From Candidatus Woesearchaeota archaeon (lineage in GTDB: Archaea > Nanobdellota > Nanobdellia > Woesearchaeales > GW2011-AR9), in contig JAHFSP010000002.1 of the NCBI GenBank assembly GCA_023265685.1, positions 5,713-69,712 on the forward strand: a stretch of DNA of 64,000 bases, in the 5' to 3' direction. Both the position numbers and the translations under genes were made by a program. The notes below the pieces were generated by a model, which ran no database searches, was not told where the DNA came from, and saw only the letters and a list, made by a program, of their open reading frames with translations. How positions within the stretch are numbered: position 1 is the first letter of the stretch; each line of letters opens with the position of its first letter. Below, piece after piece: positions 17,486-26,608 of the stretch.

Positions 17486-19144
17486 ATGAGGAATAAATTA
17501 AAATATTATTTTCAGGTTTCGTTTTCTTCTGATCTTAAAGCAGGTTTTATTACAGCTGTTGTGGCATTGCCGTTAGCAATTGCATTTGCGATTGCATCGG
17601 GAGTGGATCCGATTATGGGCCTTTATACGGCAATCATTGCCGGATTTCTGGGTTCGTTGTTTGGGGGGTCAACATATTCTATTACGGGGCCAACGGGGGC
17701 TATGACAGTAATCATTCTTTCAGCGGTTAATAAGTTTGGGGTGGAAGGTCTTTTAGTTGCGGGATTTTTGGCAGGTGTGTTTCAATTGCTCTTTGGTTTT
17801 GCGAAGCTGGGACGCTTTGTGAAATTTATTCCACTTCCGGTGGTAACGGGATTTACGGCAGGAATTGGAGCAATTATATTTATTGGCCAAATTGCGAATT
17901 CGTTAGGTCTTTCGATTGCTTCTCATGAACACATTTGGCAAACAGTTATAGAAATTGTAAAGAATTTTTCTACGGTTAATATTGTTGCGATGGGGGTTAC
18001 AATTTTTACTGTTTTGTGTTTATTGTTTCTTCCTAAAATTTTACAACGAATTCCCTATTTGAAGAATCTTCCTGCTTCGTTATTTCCCCTTATTTTATCG
18101 ACTTTGGCGGTTATTATTTTTGCGTTGACTATCCCTCGAGTGGGAGTTATTCCCTCTGGACTGCCTACTGTTCATATGATCAACATAAACCTCGGTTTGA
18201 TCAGGAACGTGTTACCATCAGCATTTACAATAGCTTTGTTGGGAACTATCGAGGCATTACTGTGCGCCGTAGTTTGTGATGGTATGACTAACACCAAACA
18301 TGATAGTGATAAAGAATTGAAAGGTCAGGGCATTGCGAATATGGTATTGCCATTTTTTGGTGCGATTCCATCGACAGCTGCTGTGGCACGTAGTGCGGTG
18401 AACGTTCGTGAAGGAGCTAAGACTCGCTTTGCGGGAGTAATACATGCGTTGATTTTACTTCTAATTTTGCTTTTTTTTGCACCTGTTGCCCAGTATATTC
18501 CCAAAGCTTTTTTAGCAGGAATTTTGATGGTGGTATCAATTCGAATGATCAATTTTCACGAATTCATTACCGTCTTTAAAATTAGTCGTTTAGAAACCAT
18601 TGTTCTGATTACGACATTTATTTTAACGGTTCTTACGGATTTGGTTTTTGCGGTTGAGGTAGGAATGATTTTGGCGGCGGCGTCTGTTTTAATTAGACTG
18701 ATGGATATTATCGATATTACTCATATGAAAGATTTTGAGGAACCGACGGGTGCGGCATTTGAATTTCGTAACGAGAAACTTAAAGAAGTTACAAATGTGT
18801 ATACACTACATGGGCCATTTTTCTTTGGAGCAATGAGCGTCTTTGAGAAAAAGCTTGATGAACATATTGAAAACAAAAAACCAATCACCATTTTACGCTT
18901 TAAGTATGTCCCGTTTGTTGATAGTACTGCAATTATTCGTCTTGTTGATTTTATTAAACAAAAAAAGAAGAAAGGAGCCGTTGTGTATCTTGCGGATCTT
19001 CATCCAGGTGTCTATAAAGCACTCCATCATAATGAAGAGTTTCGTGAATTGGTAAAAAAAACAGAAATTTTTCCCAAGACTAAAGATGTATTAGCTCATA
19101 TTGAGAATAATCTTCATACTATTCTATTGGATGGAAAGAAGTGA
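17486..19144 (+). CDS. SulP-family anion permease with C-terminal STAS domain
   Basis: DLKAGFITAVVALPLAIAFAIASG and GLYTAIIAGFLGSLFGGS are SulP signatures. The STAS-like C-terminus contains VYTLHGPFFFGA. The start is placed at ATG 17486, preceded by AAAGAGGGA. Confidence 0.8.
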   Translation: MRNKLKYYFQVSFSSDLKAGFITAVVALPLAIAFAIASGVDPIMGLYTAIIAGFLGSLFGGSTYSITGPTGAMTVIILSAVNKFGVEGLLVAGFLAGVFQLLFGFAKLGRFVKFIPLPVVTGFTAGIGAIIFIGQIANSLGLSIASHEHIWQTVIEIVKNFSTVNIVAMGVTIFTVLCLLFLPKILQRIPYLKNLPASLFPLILSTLAVIIFALTIPRVGVIPSGLPTVHMININLGLIRNVLPSAFTIALLGTIEALLCAVVCDGMTNTKHDSDKELKGQGIANMVLPFFGAIPSTAAVARSAVNVREGAKTRFAGVIHALILLLILLFFAPVAQYIPKAFLAGILMVVSIRMINFHEFITVFKISRLETIVLITTFILTVLTDLVFAVEVGMILAAASVLIRLMDIIDITHMKDFEEPTGAAFEFRNEKLKEVTNVYTLHGPFFFGAMSVFEKKLDEHIENKKPITILRFKYVPFVDSTAIIRLVDFIKQKKKKGAVVYLADLHPGVYKALHHNEEFRELVKKTEIFPKTKDVLAHIENNLHTILLDGKK

Positions 19145-19213
19145 GTAGGGCAAAATAGCACTCTAGTATACACTTAAGTAACATTTATATAGAAATAAAG
19201 TTACGACTATGTC

Positions 19214-19627
19214 ATGGTAATCTTGTTTGACCAGTTTAATCTTCCAGACGATATCTATAAAGTTCTTTTTGCAACTGAACAACAAGAGATTGTTGCCAAG
19301 ATGTTGATTAAATATATGTGGGAAAATAGTGGAGAGATCACTAAAACTGAAATGAGTGTCTTTGCGACGATGCTTCATGAGGGTCGCGCGCAACTTAAAG
19401 AACGAGGTCGGTCTCCCTTGGAACGGGAAGAGTTTATTTCTTATAACAAGCGTCAATTTTATGATAGAATCTTGACACCGATGCGCGGGATGGGTTTAAT
19501 TGAATATGACCTGTATAAAAAAACGTACAAAGTCTCGGATAAATTCAATCGCTTGATGATTAAAGTTGGCTTGATGTGGCTTCGTGAAGTGGAGAACGGA
19601 AAAAGAAGCGTTGTTCCTAATAAGTAG
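19214..19627 (+). CDS. hypothetical protein
   Basis: 137-aa ORF. TATA octamer TTTATATA at 19184-19191 lies exactly 22 nt upstream of the ATG. Confidence 0.45.
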   Translation: MVILFDQFNLPDDIYKVLFATEQQEIVAKMLIKYMWENSGEITKTEMSVFATMLHEGRAQLKERGRSPLEREEFISYNKRQFYDRILTPMRGMGLIEYDLYKKTYKVSDKFNRLMIKVGLMWLREVENGKRSVVPNK

Positions 19628-19671
19628 TAATTTTAGAAAGATTTTTAAATGAGGGGAGTTCTGGAGAAAGT

Positions 19672-20103
19672 ATGATTAATGGAACAGATATTAGTGATTG
19701 TGTTCAGGCTGCTCAACCAGCATTAAGACAAATTGGAGAAGCTTCTCTGATCGGACTTGCTACTACTGGGGCTGCCATCGTGGCTCGAGCTTTACCCAAT
19801 GGAAGTAATATTCAGGCTCAGATAGGAGATAGATTAAATTATGTTGCAGGAGGCGCAGCAGCGGCTCTCATGTTAGTACCTCCATTAGACCCATTGGTTT
19901 CCATTATGCCTACGGGAACACTAGTTGCTGGCGTGGCTGCTGGAAGTTATCTTGCGGGGGGAATTTTAGGTAGTGTCGTGAACACGTTACGAGATGCACA
20001 TGAAGGGCCTTTAACACATCAACCTCACCGTTTGAACTACTATGGGTTGCGTGCAGGCACAGCATTGGCTTTAGGATACGCCGTTTTAAATAATTTATTT
20101 TAA
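19672..20103 (+). CDS. hypothetical Gly/Ala-rich membrane protein
   Basis: 143-aa ORF with several Gly/Ala-rich hydrophobic stretches. Confidence 0.4.
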   Translation: MINGTDISDCVQAAQPALRQIGEASLIGLATTGAAIVARALPNGSNIQAQIGDRLNYVAGGAAAALMLVPPLDPLVSIMPTGTLVAGVAAGSYLAGGILGSVVNTLRDAHEGPLTHQPHRLNYYGLRAGTALALGYAVLNNLF

Positions 20104-20145
20104 TCTTTTTACTTATTTTATGAGAGATTACGAGAGAATTCACAA

Positions 20146-20688
20146 ATGGGATTAGAGATACCGGAACAACCGTTCTATAAAACTCGATTTTTTCATCGAA
20201 TTGTTGGAGATTATAGGCTTGTTAAGGCCAAGGATTGGAGAGTAGATTTTGGTTGTTTAGTCTCTACTGATTTTTATTTTTGCAGAGCGTTGGTTTTAGC
20301 TGATGGTAACAAAGTAGGACTAGCACATATTCTTCCCAATGCGGATCCACAAACTTATTTAGCATCAATGCTAACTGCATTCCCACAAAGAGAGAATGTA
20401 CGAGTAGGGATCGTACAAGCCGATTGGCAATACCATTTTAATCTTGAATTATTGTGTCAAGAACAAGGGTTGCATGTTTTGACAACAGTACGTTCCCCTA
20501 TTTTTTACGATGATAAGTGGGAAATAAATAGATCCAATCCGCGAGATGTGCTTATACATTCAAATGGTACAATGAAAATTATTGAATGGTCAAATAGAGA
20601 GTACAACGAAAGAAATGAAAAGATACCAAAAATGATCTCGCCTCGTTTGTATACTATGTCTCTTTTTGATACACCTATAATTCTTTAG
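20146..20688 (+). CDS. hypothetical protein with CheD-like Cys/His motif
   Basis: 180 aa. FCRALVLADGNKVGLAHILP resembles the CheD deamidase core (GSCVAV..D....G..H..LP). Confidence 0.4.
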   Translation: MGLEIPEQPFYKTRFFHRIVGDYRLVKAKDWRVDFGCLVSTDFYFCRALVLADGNKVGLAHILPNADPQTYLASMLTAFPQRENVRVGIVQADWQYHFNLELLCQEQGLHVLTTVRSPIFYDDKWEINRSNPRDVLIHSNGTMKIIEWSNREYNERNEKIPKMISPRLYTMSLFDTPIIL

Positions 20689-20767
20689 GTTGGGGGGAAA
20701 GAGAGAGAGAGAAAATAATCAATGAGAATAATCCATAAAAATAATTAAGAAAAAATTAATACAAAAC

Positions 20768-21934
20768 TTACAATCCAGCTTCTCGTCGTAATACTTCTGC
20801 TTTGTCGGTTCTTTCCCAAGTAAAGTCGGGATCGTTACGACCAAAGTGACCATAAGCAGCGGTTTTGCGATAGATTGGGCGTCGAAGGTTTAATTGGTCG
20901 ATGATCGTTTTTGGTCGGAAGTCGAAGTGTTTGCGCATGAGTTCAGCAATTTTTTCTTCAGAGACTTTTCCGGTGCCAAAGGTTTCAACGTGAATACTTA
21001 CTGGTTGTGCTACACCAATGGCGTACGAGACTTGAATTTCACATTTTTCAGCAAGACCTGCAGCAACGATGTTTTTTGCGACGTAGCGACCATAATAGGC
21101 TGCGCTTCGATCAACTTTGGTAGGATCTTTTCCAGAGAAAGCTCCACCACCATGACGTCCGTGACCGCCGTAGCTATCGACAATAATTTTACGTCCGGTA
21201 ACGCCAGCGTCACCAACAGGGCCACCAATGACGAAGAGACCAGTGGGATTGATGAAATACTTTGTACGTTCGTCAACATAATTACCACAAATTGGTTTGA
21301 CGATTTTTTCAACAACATCTCGACGAATGGTTTCAAGATCAATGTCTGGGTGGTGTTGAGTTGAGACAACAACAGCATCAACGCGTTTGACTTTGCCATG
21401 TTCATATTCTATAGTGACTTGGGATTTTCCGTCAGGACGAAGATACCAAATTTCTCCTCGTTTACGAGCACTGGCAAGTCTTGCGGTAATTTTGTGGGCG
21501 AGCATTAATGATAATGGCATGAGTTCAGGAGTTTCATTGACAGCATAGCCAAACATAAGACCTTGATCTCCTGCTCCTTGTTCTTTGTGAAGACCTTCAC
21601 CTTCGTTAACGCCTTGGGCGATATCGGGTGATTGTTCTGAGAGTGCTGAGAGGACACCACAGGTACTTCCTTCAAAGCCAAATTCTGGTTTGTTATAGCC
21701 AATTTCAAGAATGGTATCTCGAACTACTTTTTGAATGTCAACGTAAGTTTTGGTGGTTACTTCTCCAGCAACGACAACAAATCCGGTTTTAGTAAGAGTT
21801 TCTACAGCCACACGAGACATAGGATCATCTTTGATCATAGCATCGAGAATGGCGTCTGAAATCTGATCACACATTTTATCGGGATGGCCTTCGGTCACGC
21901 TTTCCGATGTAAAAAAATAATTTCCGCTTGTCAT
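20768..21934 (-). CDS. metK: S-adenosylmethionine synthetase, bacterial/eukaryotic type
   Basis: 388 aa. Motifs: [76 protein letters not shown]-like AGGTGA lies upstream. Confidence 0.92.
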   Translation of the reverse strand: MTSGNYFFTSESVTEGHPDKMCDQISDAILDAMIKDDPMSRVAVETLTKTGFVVVAGEVTTKTYVDIQKVVRDTILEIGYNKPEFGFEGSTCGVLSALSEQSPDIAQGVNEGEGLHKEQGAGDQGLMFGYAVNETPELMPLSLMLAHKITARLASARKRGEIWYLRPDGKSQVTIEYEHGKVKRVDAVVVSTQHHPDIDLETIRRDVVEKIVKPICGNYVDERTKYFINPTGLFVIGGPVGDAGVTGRKIIVDSYGGHGRHGGGAFSGKDPTKVDRSAAYYGRYVAKNIVAAGLAEKCEIQVSYAIGVAQPVSIHVETFGTGKVSEEKIAELMRKHFDFRPKTIIDQLNLRRPIYRKTAAYGHFGRNDPDFTWERTDKAEVLRREAGL

Positions 21935-21980
21935 ATATTATTCACCTTTGTATTTTTCTTTTTATGATTATTTTTTATGA

Positions 21981-22268
21981 TTAGAATCCATTTATAGATT
22001 TGTACTCCTCTGGTTTAGATCTAATTTGATAACTATTAATTTCTTTGCCGGGAAAACATACAGGGTATTGGGTACGTAGATATTTTAATCCTTCATTAAT
22101 CACTGGGTCGCGAGGGTTTTTTCCTTGTGCATCTAAAGCAACACTCGCTATCTGATCAACTAACGTTAAACCGCTTAACCCCCGATCAATTCGAGGTCTA
22201 ACTTGGGGATGTGCTATTAGACTGAGAAGTGGTGTTTGAATTAAATTAGTCAGTTGTGTTTGTTCCAT
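21981..22268 (-). CDS. hypothetical protein
   Basis: 95-aa ORF directly upstream of metK on the same strand. Confidence 0.35.
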   Translation of the reverse strand: MEQTQLTNLIQTPLLSLIAHPQVRPRIDRGLSGLTLVDQIASVALDAQGKNPRDPVINEGLKYLRTQYPVCFPGKEINSYQIRSKPEEYKSINGF

Positions 22269-22361
22269 ATGCTTTTTTCAAAAAGAGAATTATATAAACA
22301 ATCCTGACATAATTATTCCCATATGAATATACCAACGAACATAAAGAGTTTGTTGTATATA

Positions 22362-22398
22362 CAATAAGCAGAATTCATTGACTTTACACTGCTTATTG
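22362..22398 (+). promoter_or_regulatory. perfect 10-bp inverted repeat (CAATAAGCAG-N17-CTGCTTATTG), candidate operator of the XRE-CBS regulator
   Basis: Read directly in the sequence, 55-90 nt upstream of ATG 22453. Confidence 0.3.
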
Positions 22399-22452
22399 GT
22401 ATATTCTGATAAGAATAAAAGCGGAAAGTATATATTCCAGTGCAATTGTGGA

Positions 22453-23010
22453 ATGGTTATGATTAAATCGCTTGCTGAAATTGTTAAACTGCGTAAGAAG
22501 TTTCGTCTTAATCAGAAGGAGCTTGCTCTCAAAGCAGGTGTTTCACAGAGTCTTATTGCTAAAATTGAAGCAGGTAAAGTAGATCCTACGTTTACGAAAG
22601 CACAGCAGATTTTTACAGCGCTTGAAGAGTTGCAAGAGCAACATGAACTTAAGGCAAAGGATTTGTTGAATTCTAAAGTCATTTTTGTTGATCAGAAAGA
22701 GCCGATTCGTGAAGTCATTAAGAAGATGAAAGCGAAGGGGATTTCTCAGGTCCCGGTTCTTGCAGGTGAGCGGATTTGTGGATTAGTGACGGAGAGTGTG
22801 TTGTTGAATACGTTGTTGGAGAAGGGGGAAAAGATTTCTGGATTGACTGCAAAAGACGTTATGGAAGATGCTCCACCGATTGTGACACTTAAAGCAGGGA
22901 TTCATAGTATTTCAGAACTGCTGGTGACGTATCCGATTGTGTTGGTTGCCGAGAAAGGAGAGATTAAAGGGATTATTTCTAAGGCAGATTTGTTAGGAAG
23001 AATGGAGTAA
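22453..23010 (+). CDS. XRE-type HTH plus CBS-pair domain regulator
   Basis: LRKKFRLNQKELALKAGVSQSLIAKIE is an XRE HTH. The C-terminal half has two CBS-like repeats (GISQVPVL ... GIISKADLL). The start is set at the internal ATG 22453. Confidence 0.7.
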   Translation: MVMIKSLAEIVKLRKKFRLNQKELALKAGVSQSLIAKIEAGKVDPTFTKAQQIFTALEELQEQHELKAKDLLNSKVIFVDQKEPIREVIKKMKAKGISQVPVLAGERICGLVTESVLLNTLLEKGEKISGLTAKDVMEDAPPIVTLKAGIHSISELLVTYPIVLVAEKGEIKGIISKADLLGRME

Positions 23011-23058
23011 GATTGATACAGAATAATTTTTAACTTGTTTTAAAACTAGAAGTGGACC

Positions 23059-23928
23059 TTACTCTTTCAATGCTTGAAATGCCAAAATATCCTCAGTGGT
23101 TAATTTCTTGCCTTTTTTCATTTTCTCTTTGACTTCGTCAGTCTTAACTTTAACTTGTTGGTCGAAGCGAGAGTGGCTTTCTTTTTCGAAGTCTTTGGAG
23201 AGTTTGCCAACTTCACCAGAAATCTCTTCAAGTTTTTTCTTGGATTGGTCATGTTGCCCTTTGAGTTCGAGATATTTAGCAACGAGAGGTTTTTCTTCTT
23301 CACGAAGTTTTTTCATTTCTTCGTAGAGGGTATTAAGCTGTTCGTGTTTTTCTTGAGATTCTTGCGCTTTTTGTTGAACTTGTTTGTGTGAGTCTTGAGC
23401 TTTTTTGCGATCCACAGAAAATTCAGAGGAGAATGAATTGACTTCTTTCCAGACGTCACCTAGTTCGGATAATTTTTTTACTTTTGTTTGTAAGCCTTTG
23501 AGGACTTTACGTAATTCTTGTTCTTTGTCAAATGGCATGACATCGGTTTCAAGTCGAGATTCGATTTGTTCGATTTGTTTTCGTAATTTAGAAGGGTCAT
23601 CATGATCTTGAACTTTATTCATCAGCTGTTGTTTGCGATCGTCGATGTCTTTACGGGCAACGGCTTTGCCTTTGACAACATCATTGAGTTTGTCGCGCTC
23701 TTGTTTGAGAGTTTTAACATCGAGAGTGAGAGCATCACGTTCTTGTTTGAGAGCGTTGACTCTATTTAATCGGTCGGTGATTTTATCACGAATAGAACGA
23801 AGCTGACGAAAGATTTCTTCTTTTTGCGTATTAAGCGTTGTTACTTCGTTACGCAGTGATGTTTGTTCTTTGCGCGCATCAGAAAATTGTTTTCGCGAAT
23901 CTATTTGACCAGAGTGCTCATCATCCAT
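23059..23928 (-). CDS. archaeal coiled-coil protein (COG1340-like)
   Basis: 289 aa, almost entirely heptad-like K/E/Q/L-rich sequence, downstream of the stalk operon. Confidence 0.5.
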   Translation of the reverse strand: MDDEHSGQIDSRKQFSDARKEQTSLRNEVTTLNTQKEEIFRQLRSIRDKITDRLNRVNALKQERDALTLDVKTLKQERDKLNDVVKGKAVARKDIDDRKQQLMNKVQDHDDPSKLRKQIEQIESRLETDVMPFDKEQELRKVLKGLQTKVKKLSELGDVWKEVNSFSSEFSVDRKKAQDSHKQVQQKAQESQEKHEQLNTLYEEMKKLREEEKPLVAKYLELKGQHDQSKKKLEEISGEVGKLSKDFEKESHSRFDQQVKVKTDEVKEKMKKGKKLTTEDILAFQALKE

Positions 23929-23954
23929 TCATATACACCATCCACATCTCAATA

Positions 23955-23970
23955 AGAAAAGAAAAAAAAG
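23955..23970 (-). terminator. oligo-T terminator after the stalk operon
   Basis: The minus strand reads GCTTTTTTTTCTTTTCTT about 15 nt after the P1 stop codon. Confidence 0.45.
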
Positions 23971-23983
23971 CGAAACTTTGGTT

Positions 23984-24298
23984 TTACCCAAAGAGTGCGC
24001 CAAGACCAGCTGCGGCAGCTTCTTCAGCTTTTTTAGATTCTTCTGCAGCTTTTTTACCGTCATCTTTCTTCTCTGCATGGCCGTGGCCAGCAGGGGCAGC
24101 AGCAACTGCAACAGGTGCAGCCATAGCGGCTTTCTTGATAGCTTCTTCGATATCGACGCCTTCAAGAGCAGCAACAAGAGCTTTCACACGACTTTCGTCA
24201 GCGTGAACGCCTGCAGCGTGCAAGACAGCTTTAACATCATGCTCGGTAATTTGTTTTCCTGCTTTATGAAGCAGCATTGCGGCATAAACGTATTCCAT
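23984..24298 (-). CDS. rpl12: 50S ribosomal stalk protein P1 (aL12)
   Basis: [19 protein letters not shown]..., an Ala-rich hinge and the conserved tail [13 protein letters not shown]. Confidence 0.88.
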   Translation of the reverse strand: MEYVYAAMLLHKAGKQITEHDVKAVLHAAGVHADESRVKALVAALEGVDIEEAIKKAAMAAPVAVAAAPAGHGHAEKKDDGKKAAEESKKAEEAAAAGLGALFG

Positions 24299-24312
24299 TT
24301 TTCATCCTCCAA

Positions 24313-25155
24313 CTAATTTAAGTTCGCCTCGTGTTTTACACTATCGGCTTGTCGCTCACTGAGAGCTAAAATTTCATCGGTCGTTTCTGGTGTTAGGAAC
24401 GCAGCTTCAATCGCAGCAGCTTTCGCGTCGCGGAAGGCTTTTCCAATGAGTATATCGACAGCACCGTTAGCAGGATAGGCAATCTCAACTGTTAAGTTAA
24501 GAGCCCAGGTAGCTGCTTGAGTGAAGTCGCGGCTATACTGTGCTTCGTCAATATGGAGATATTTGGCATCAAAGACGAAACCGTTTTCACATGCAGCAAT
24601 CAGGTTTAAGCCGATCTCCATTGGTTTTATGTCTAAACGTTTTAAAGTTTCCGCAACTTTTTGTGAGATTACGGCACCTTCGTGTACGACAATGGTATCA
24701 TTAATGATTGCAAGTTTACCACCTTCTACTTTGGTTTTAATACCAACAGCAGCAAGTTCGGAAATGATAGGACCTGGAGCAAATGAAGTTGCACCAGCTT
24801 TTACCAAGACATCTTTAGGTGAGACTTGACCAGCTTTTGCCGGAGCCTCTGACTTGTTTCTATTTAGTAATGATGCAAGACTAAAAGGATTATCTTTTGT
24901 AAAGAGAAGTGCAGGCATGCCCCTGGCACGTTCTGAAAGGTCTTTCATTCCAGCTTTGCCAGATTGTTCAAGAGCAATTTGGAGAATGCGTTTACGTGCC
25001 ATAATCATTTTCACGCCTTTTGCATGAAGCATGGTACGCATTTTAGCAAGTTGTTGAGCAGGAAGATTTTCCATGTTCAACAAACCTACAATAGGGTGAT
25101 GATTGATGTCGGCAACCAATTGTGCTACGAGTTTTTTCTTGATGTCGCTTACCAT
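24313..25155 (-). CDS. rpl10: 50S ribosomal protein uL10 (acidic P0), short form
   Basis: The N-terminus (KKKLVAQLVADINHHPIVGLLNMENLPAQQLAKMR) is typical of archaeal P0. It sits between uL1 and P1. It is 280 aa and lacks the P1-like tail. Confidence 0.8.
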   Translation of the reverse strand: MVSDIKKKLVAQLVADINHHPIVGLLNMENLPAQQLAKMRTMLHAKGVKMIMARKRILQIALEQSGKAGMKDLSERARGMPALLFTKDNPFSLASLLNRNKSEAPAKAGQVSPKDVLVKAGATSFAPGPIISELAAVGIKTKVEGGKLAIINDTIVVHEGAVISQKVAETLKRLDIKPMEIGLNLIAACENGFVFDAKYLHIDEAQYSRDFTQAATWALNLTVEIAYPANGAVDILIGKAFRDAKAAAIEAAFLTPETTDEILALSERQADSVKHEANLN

Positions 25156-25157
25156 GG

Positions 25158-25796
25158 TTAGATCCTCACTGGTTTGCCCATGGTGAGTTTGAGAGTCACG
25201 TCTTTAATGTTTTGGGACTCGTTAGGCAATTGTTTAATTGTTTGTTGATAAATACTAAGAACGTTATCGATGATTTCTTCATCACTTTGGGTTTGTCTTC
25301 CGACCATACATTGAAGGTTAGTACCTTTTTTAGCACTTAGTTTAACTGTCTTACCAAGTTTTGCAACAAGAGGTTCTAGGTTGGCGTTAGGTGGAACGAC
25401 GCATCCTAATTTAGGATTAGGCATTTTACCTGATGTTCCAAGAGACTTTCCGAAGGCAGCTGCTACTTTGGGCATGATTGTTGCTTGAGCAATAAAATAA
25501 TCATATTCACGAGCGAGTTTTTTACCTACTTTTTTATCTGCGTATTTGATAAAATCAATTTCTCGAATGACAAGATCACAAGTTTTGGCGGCTTGATCAG
25601 CAAGTTGTTGATCAACAAAGGCAGCAACTTTGATTTTACGACCGCGGCCGTAATGTAAGAGAGCAAAGAAGTCAACGGGATTTTGCTTGATAGCAATGTT
25701 TTTGAGATTGATTACTAAGTCATAGGACTGCTTAAACTGGCGTTGTGGTTGTGCTTTAAGTTCTTGTAGTGCCTTTTGAACGTCTTGTTTTTCCAT
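25158..25796 (-). CDS. rpl1: 50S ribosomal protein uL1
   Basis: 212 aa. FKQSYDLVINLKNI... and GKTVKLSAKKGTNLQCMVG are typical uL1. GGAGG SD lies upstream. Confidence 0.85.
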   Translation of the reverse strand: MEKQDVQKALQELKAQPQRQFKQSYDLVINLKNIAIKQNPVDFFALLHYGRGRKIKVAAFVDQQLADQAAKTCDLVIREIDFIKYADKKVGKKLAREYDYFIAQATIMPKVAAAFGKSLGTSGKMPNPKLGCVVPPNANLEPLVAKLGKTVKLSAKKGTNLQCMVGRQTQSDEEIIDNVLSIYQQTIKQLPNESQNIKDVTLKLTMGKPVRI

Positions 25797-25868
25797 TTAA
25801 ACCTCCTACGAGCCTGACCGATAAGACTTCAGGGTAGTTCGCGGTTAGAGGCTGGGGATTGGGGGTTG

Positions 25869-25876
25869 TTTATAAA
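25869..25876 (-). promoter_or_regulatory. TATA box (TTTATAAA) of the uL1-P0-P1 operon
   Basis: The octamer lies 72 nt upstream of the uL1 ATG. The leader ends in GGAGGTTTAA-ATG. Confidence 0.4.
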
Positions 25877-25968
25877 GGTTTCTGAACGAAGCTTCTACTG
25901 TAGTATCCTGAAATTATTTCGCCAACGGTTAATACTAAACCCAAAATAGGACTTGATTCGAGAATTAA

Positions 25969-26280
25969 TTAATAAGGGGGTTTTAACTGTGATTGTTTCA
26001 CTTTGCCCCATATATAAACAATAATAAAACCCCAAATATTAAGCGAGCTTCCTATCAAAGTAGAAATAAAATAATGAGTCCCACTTTTTTTTGAATTAAA
26101 ATAACACAATGTACCAAATAAAAAACTAGAAATTACAAAGCGAATATCATCTCTTACAAAAGGTGTTTGAAAAAAGAAATAGATAAAAGAGTAATAGAGG
26201 ACCATGGAACTTACAATAGCAAAATAATAGTTTTTATCTTTAAGATAATATTTAAAATCTTCTCTCCTAATTTTTATCAA
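25969..26280 (-). CDS. small hypothetical membrane protein
   Basis: 103 aa with three hydrophobic helices. Overlaps the upstream small gene by 14 bp. Confidence 0.35.
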   Translation of the reverse strand: MIKIRREDFKYYLKDKNYYFAIVSSMVLYYSFIYFFFQTPFVRDDIRFVISSFLFGTLCYFNSKKSGTHYFISTLIGSSLNIWGFIIVYIWGKVKQSQLKPPY

Positions 26281-26491
26281 AATTATTTCCCTCCAATTTT
26301 AAGAGTTCATCTACTTCATGAACGGTTTTAAATCCTTCTTTAGATAAATTAGTGGCTTCACCTAAATCCTTAAACGCCCTTTGGTTAATAGGCTCATTAG
26401 TATGGCTCGAGGCATAATTAATGAACCCAAAAATAATCGAAGAAACTACAAAGACGATTATCGCTAAAGCTAAATATTCACGGCAGTTCAT
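26267..26491 (-). CDS. small hypothetical membrane protein
   Basis: 74 aa with a single N-terminal TM helix. Confidence 0.35.
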   Translation of the reverse strand: MNCREYLALAIIVFVVSSIIFGFINYASSHTNEPINQRAFKDLGEATNLSKEGFKTVHEVDELLKLEGNNFDKN

Positions 26492-26608
26492 TTTAACGAA
26501 ATGATTAATTAGCTTTATTAAGCCACCGATCTTTAGAGTTTACGGTTATTTAAACATAACTCATTATCTCAGCATACCTTTAAATATCTCTTTTTCTCAA
26601 TCCCACAA

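Noticed and set aside
23838-24316. Plus-strand Ala-rich ORFs (122 and 112 aa)
   Set aside because: They are antisense to the P1 stalk gene and the end of the coiled-coil gene. The Ala/Ser richness is the mirror of the Ala/Glu-rich P1 hinge.
25797-25868. uL1 autoregulatory rRNA-mimic site in the leader of the stalk operon
   Set aside because: A stem can be drawn (GCCT...AGGC), but I cannot match it to the uL1 binding consensus from memory. The characterised Methanococcus site lies inside the coding start, not the leader.
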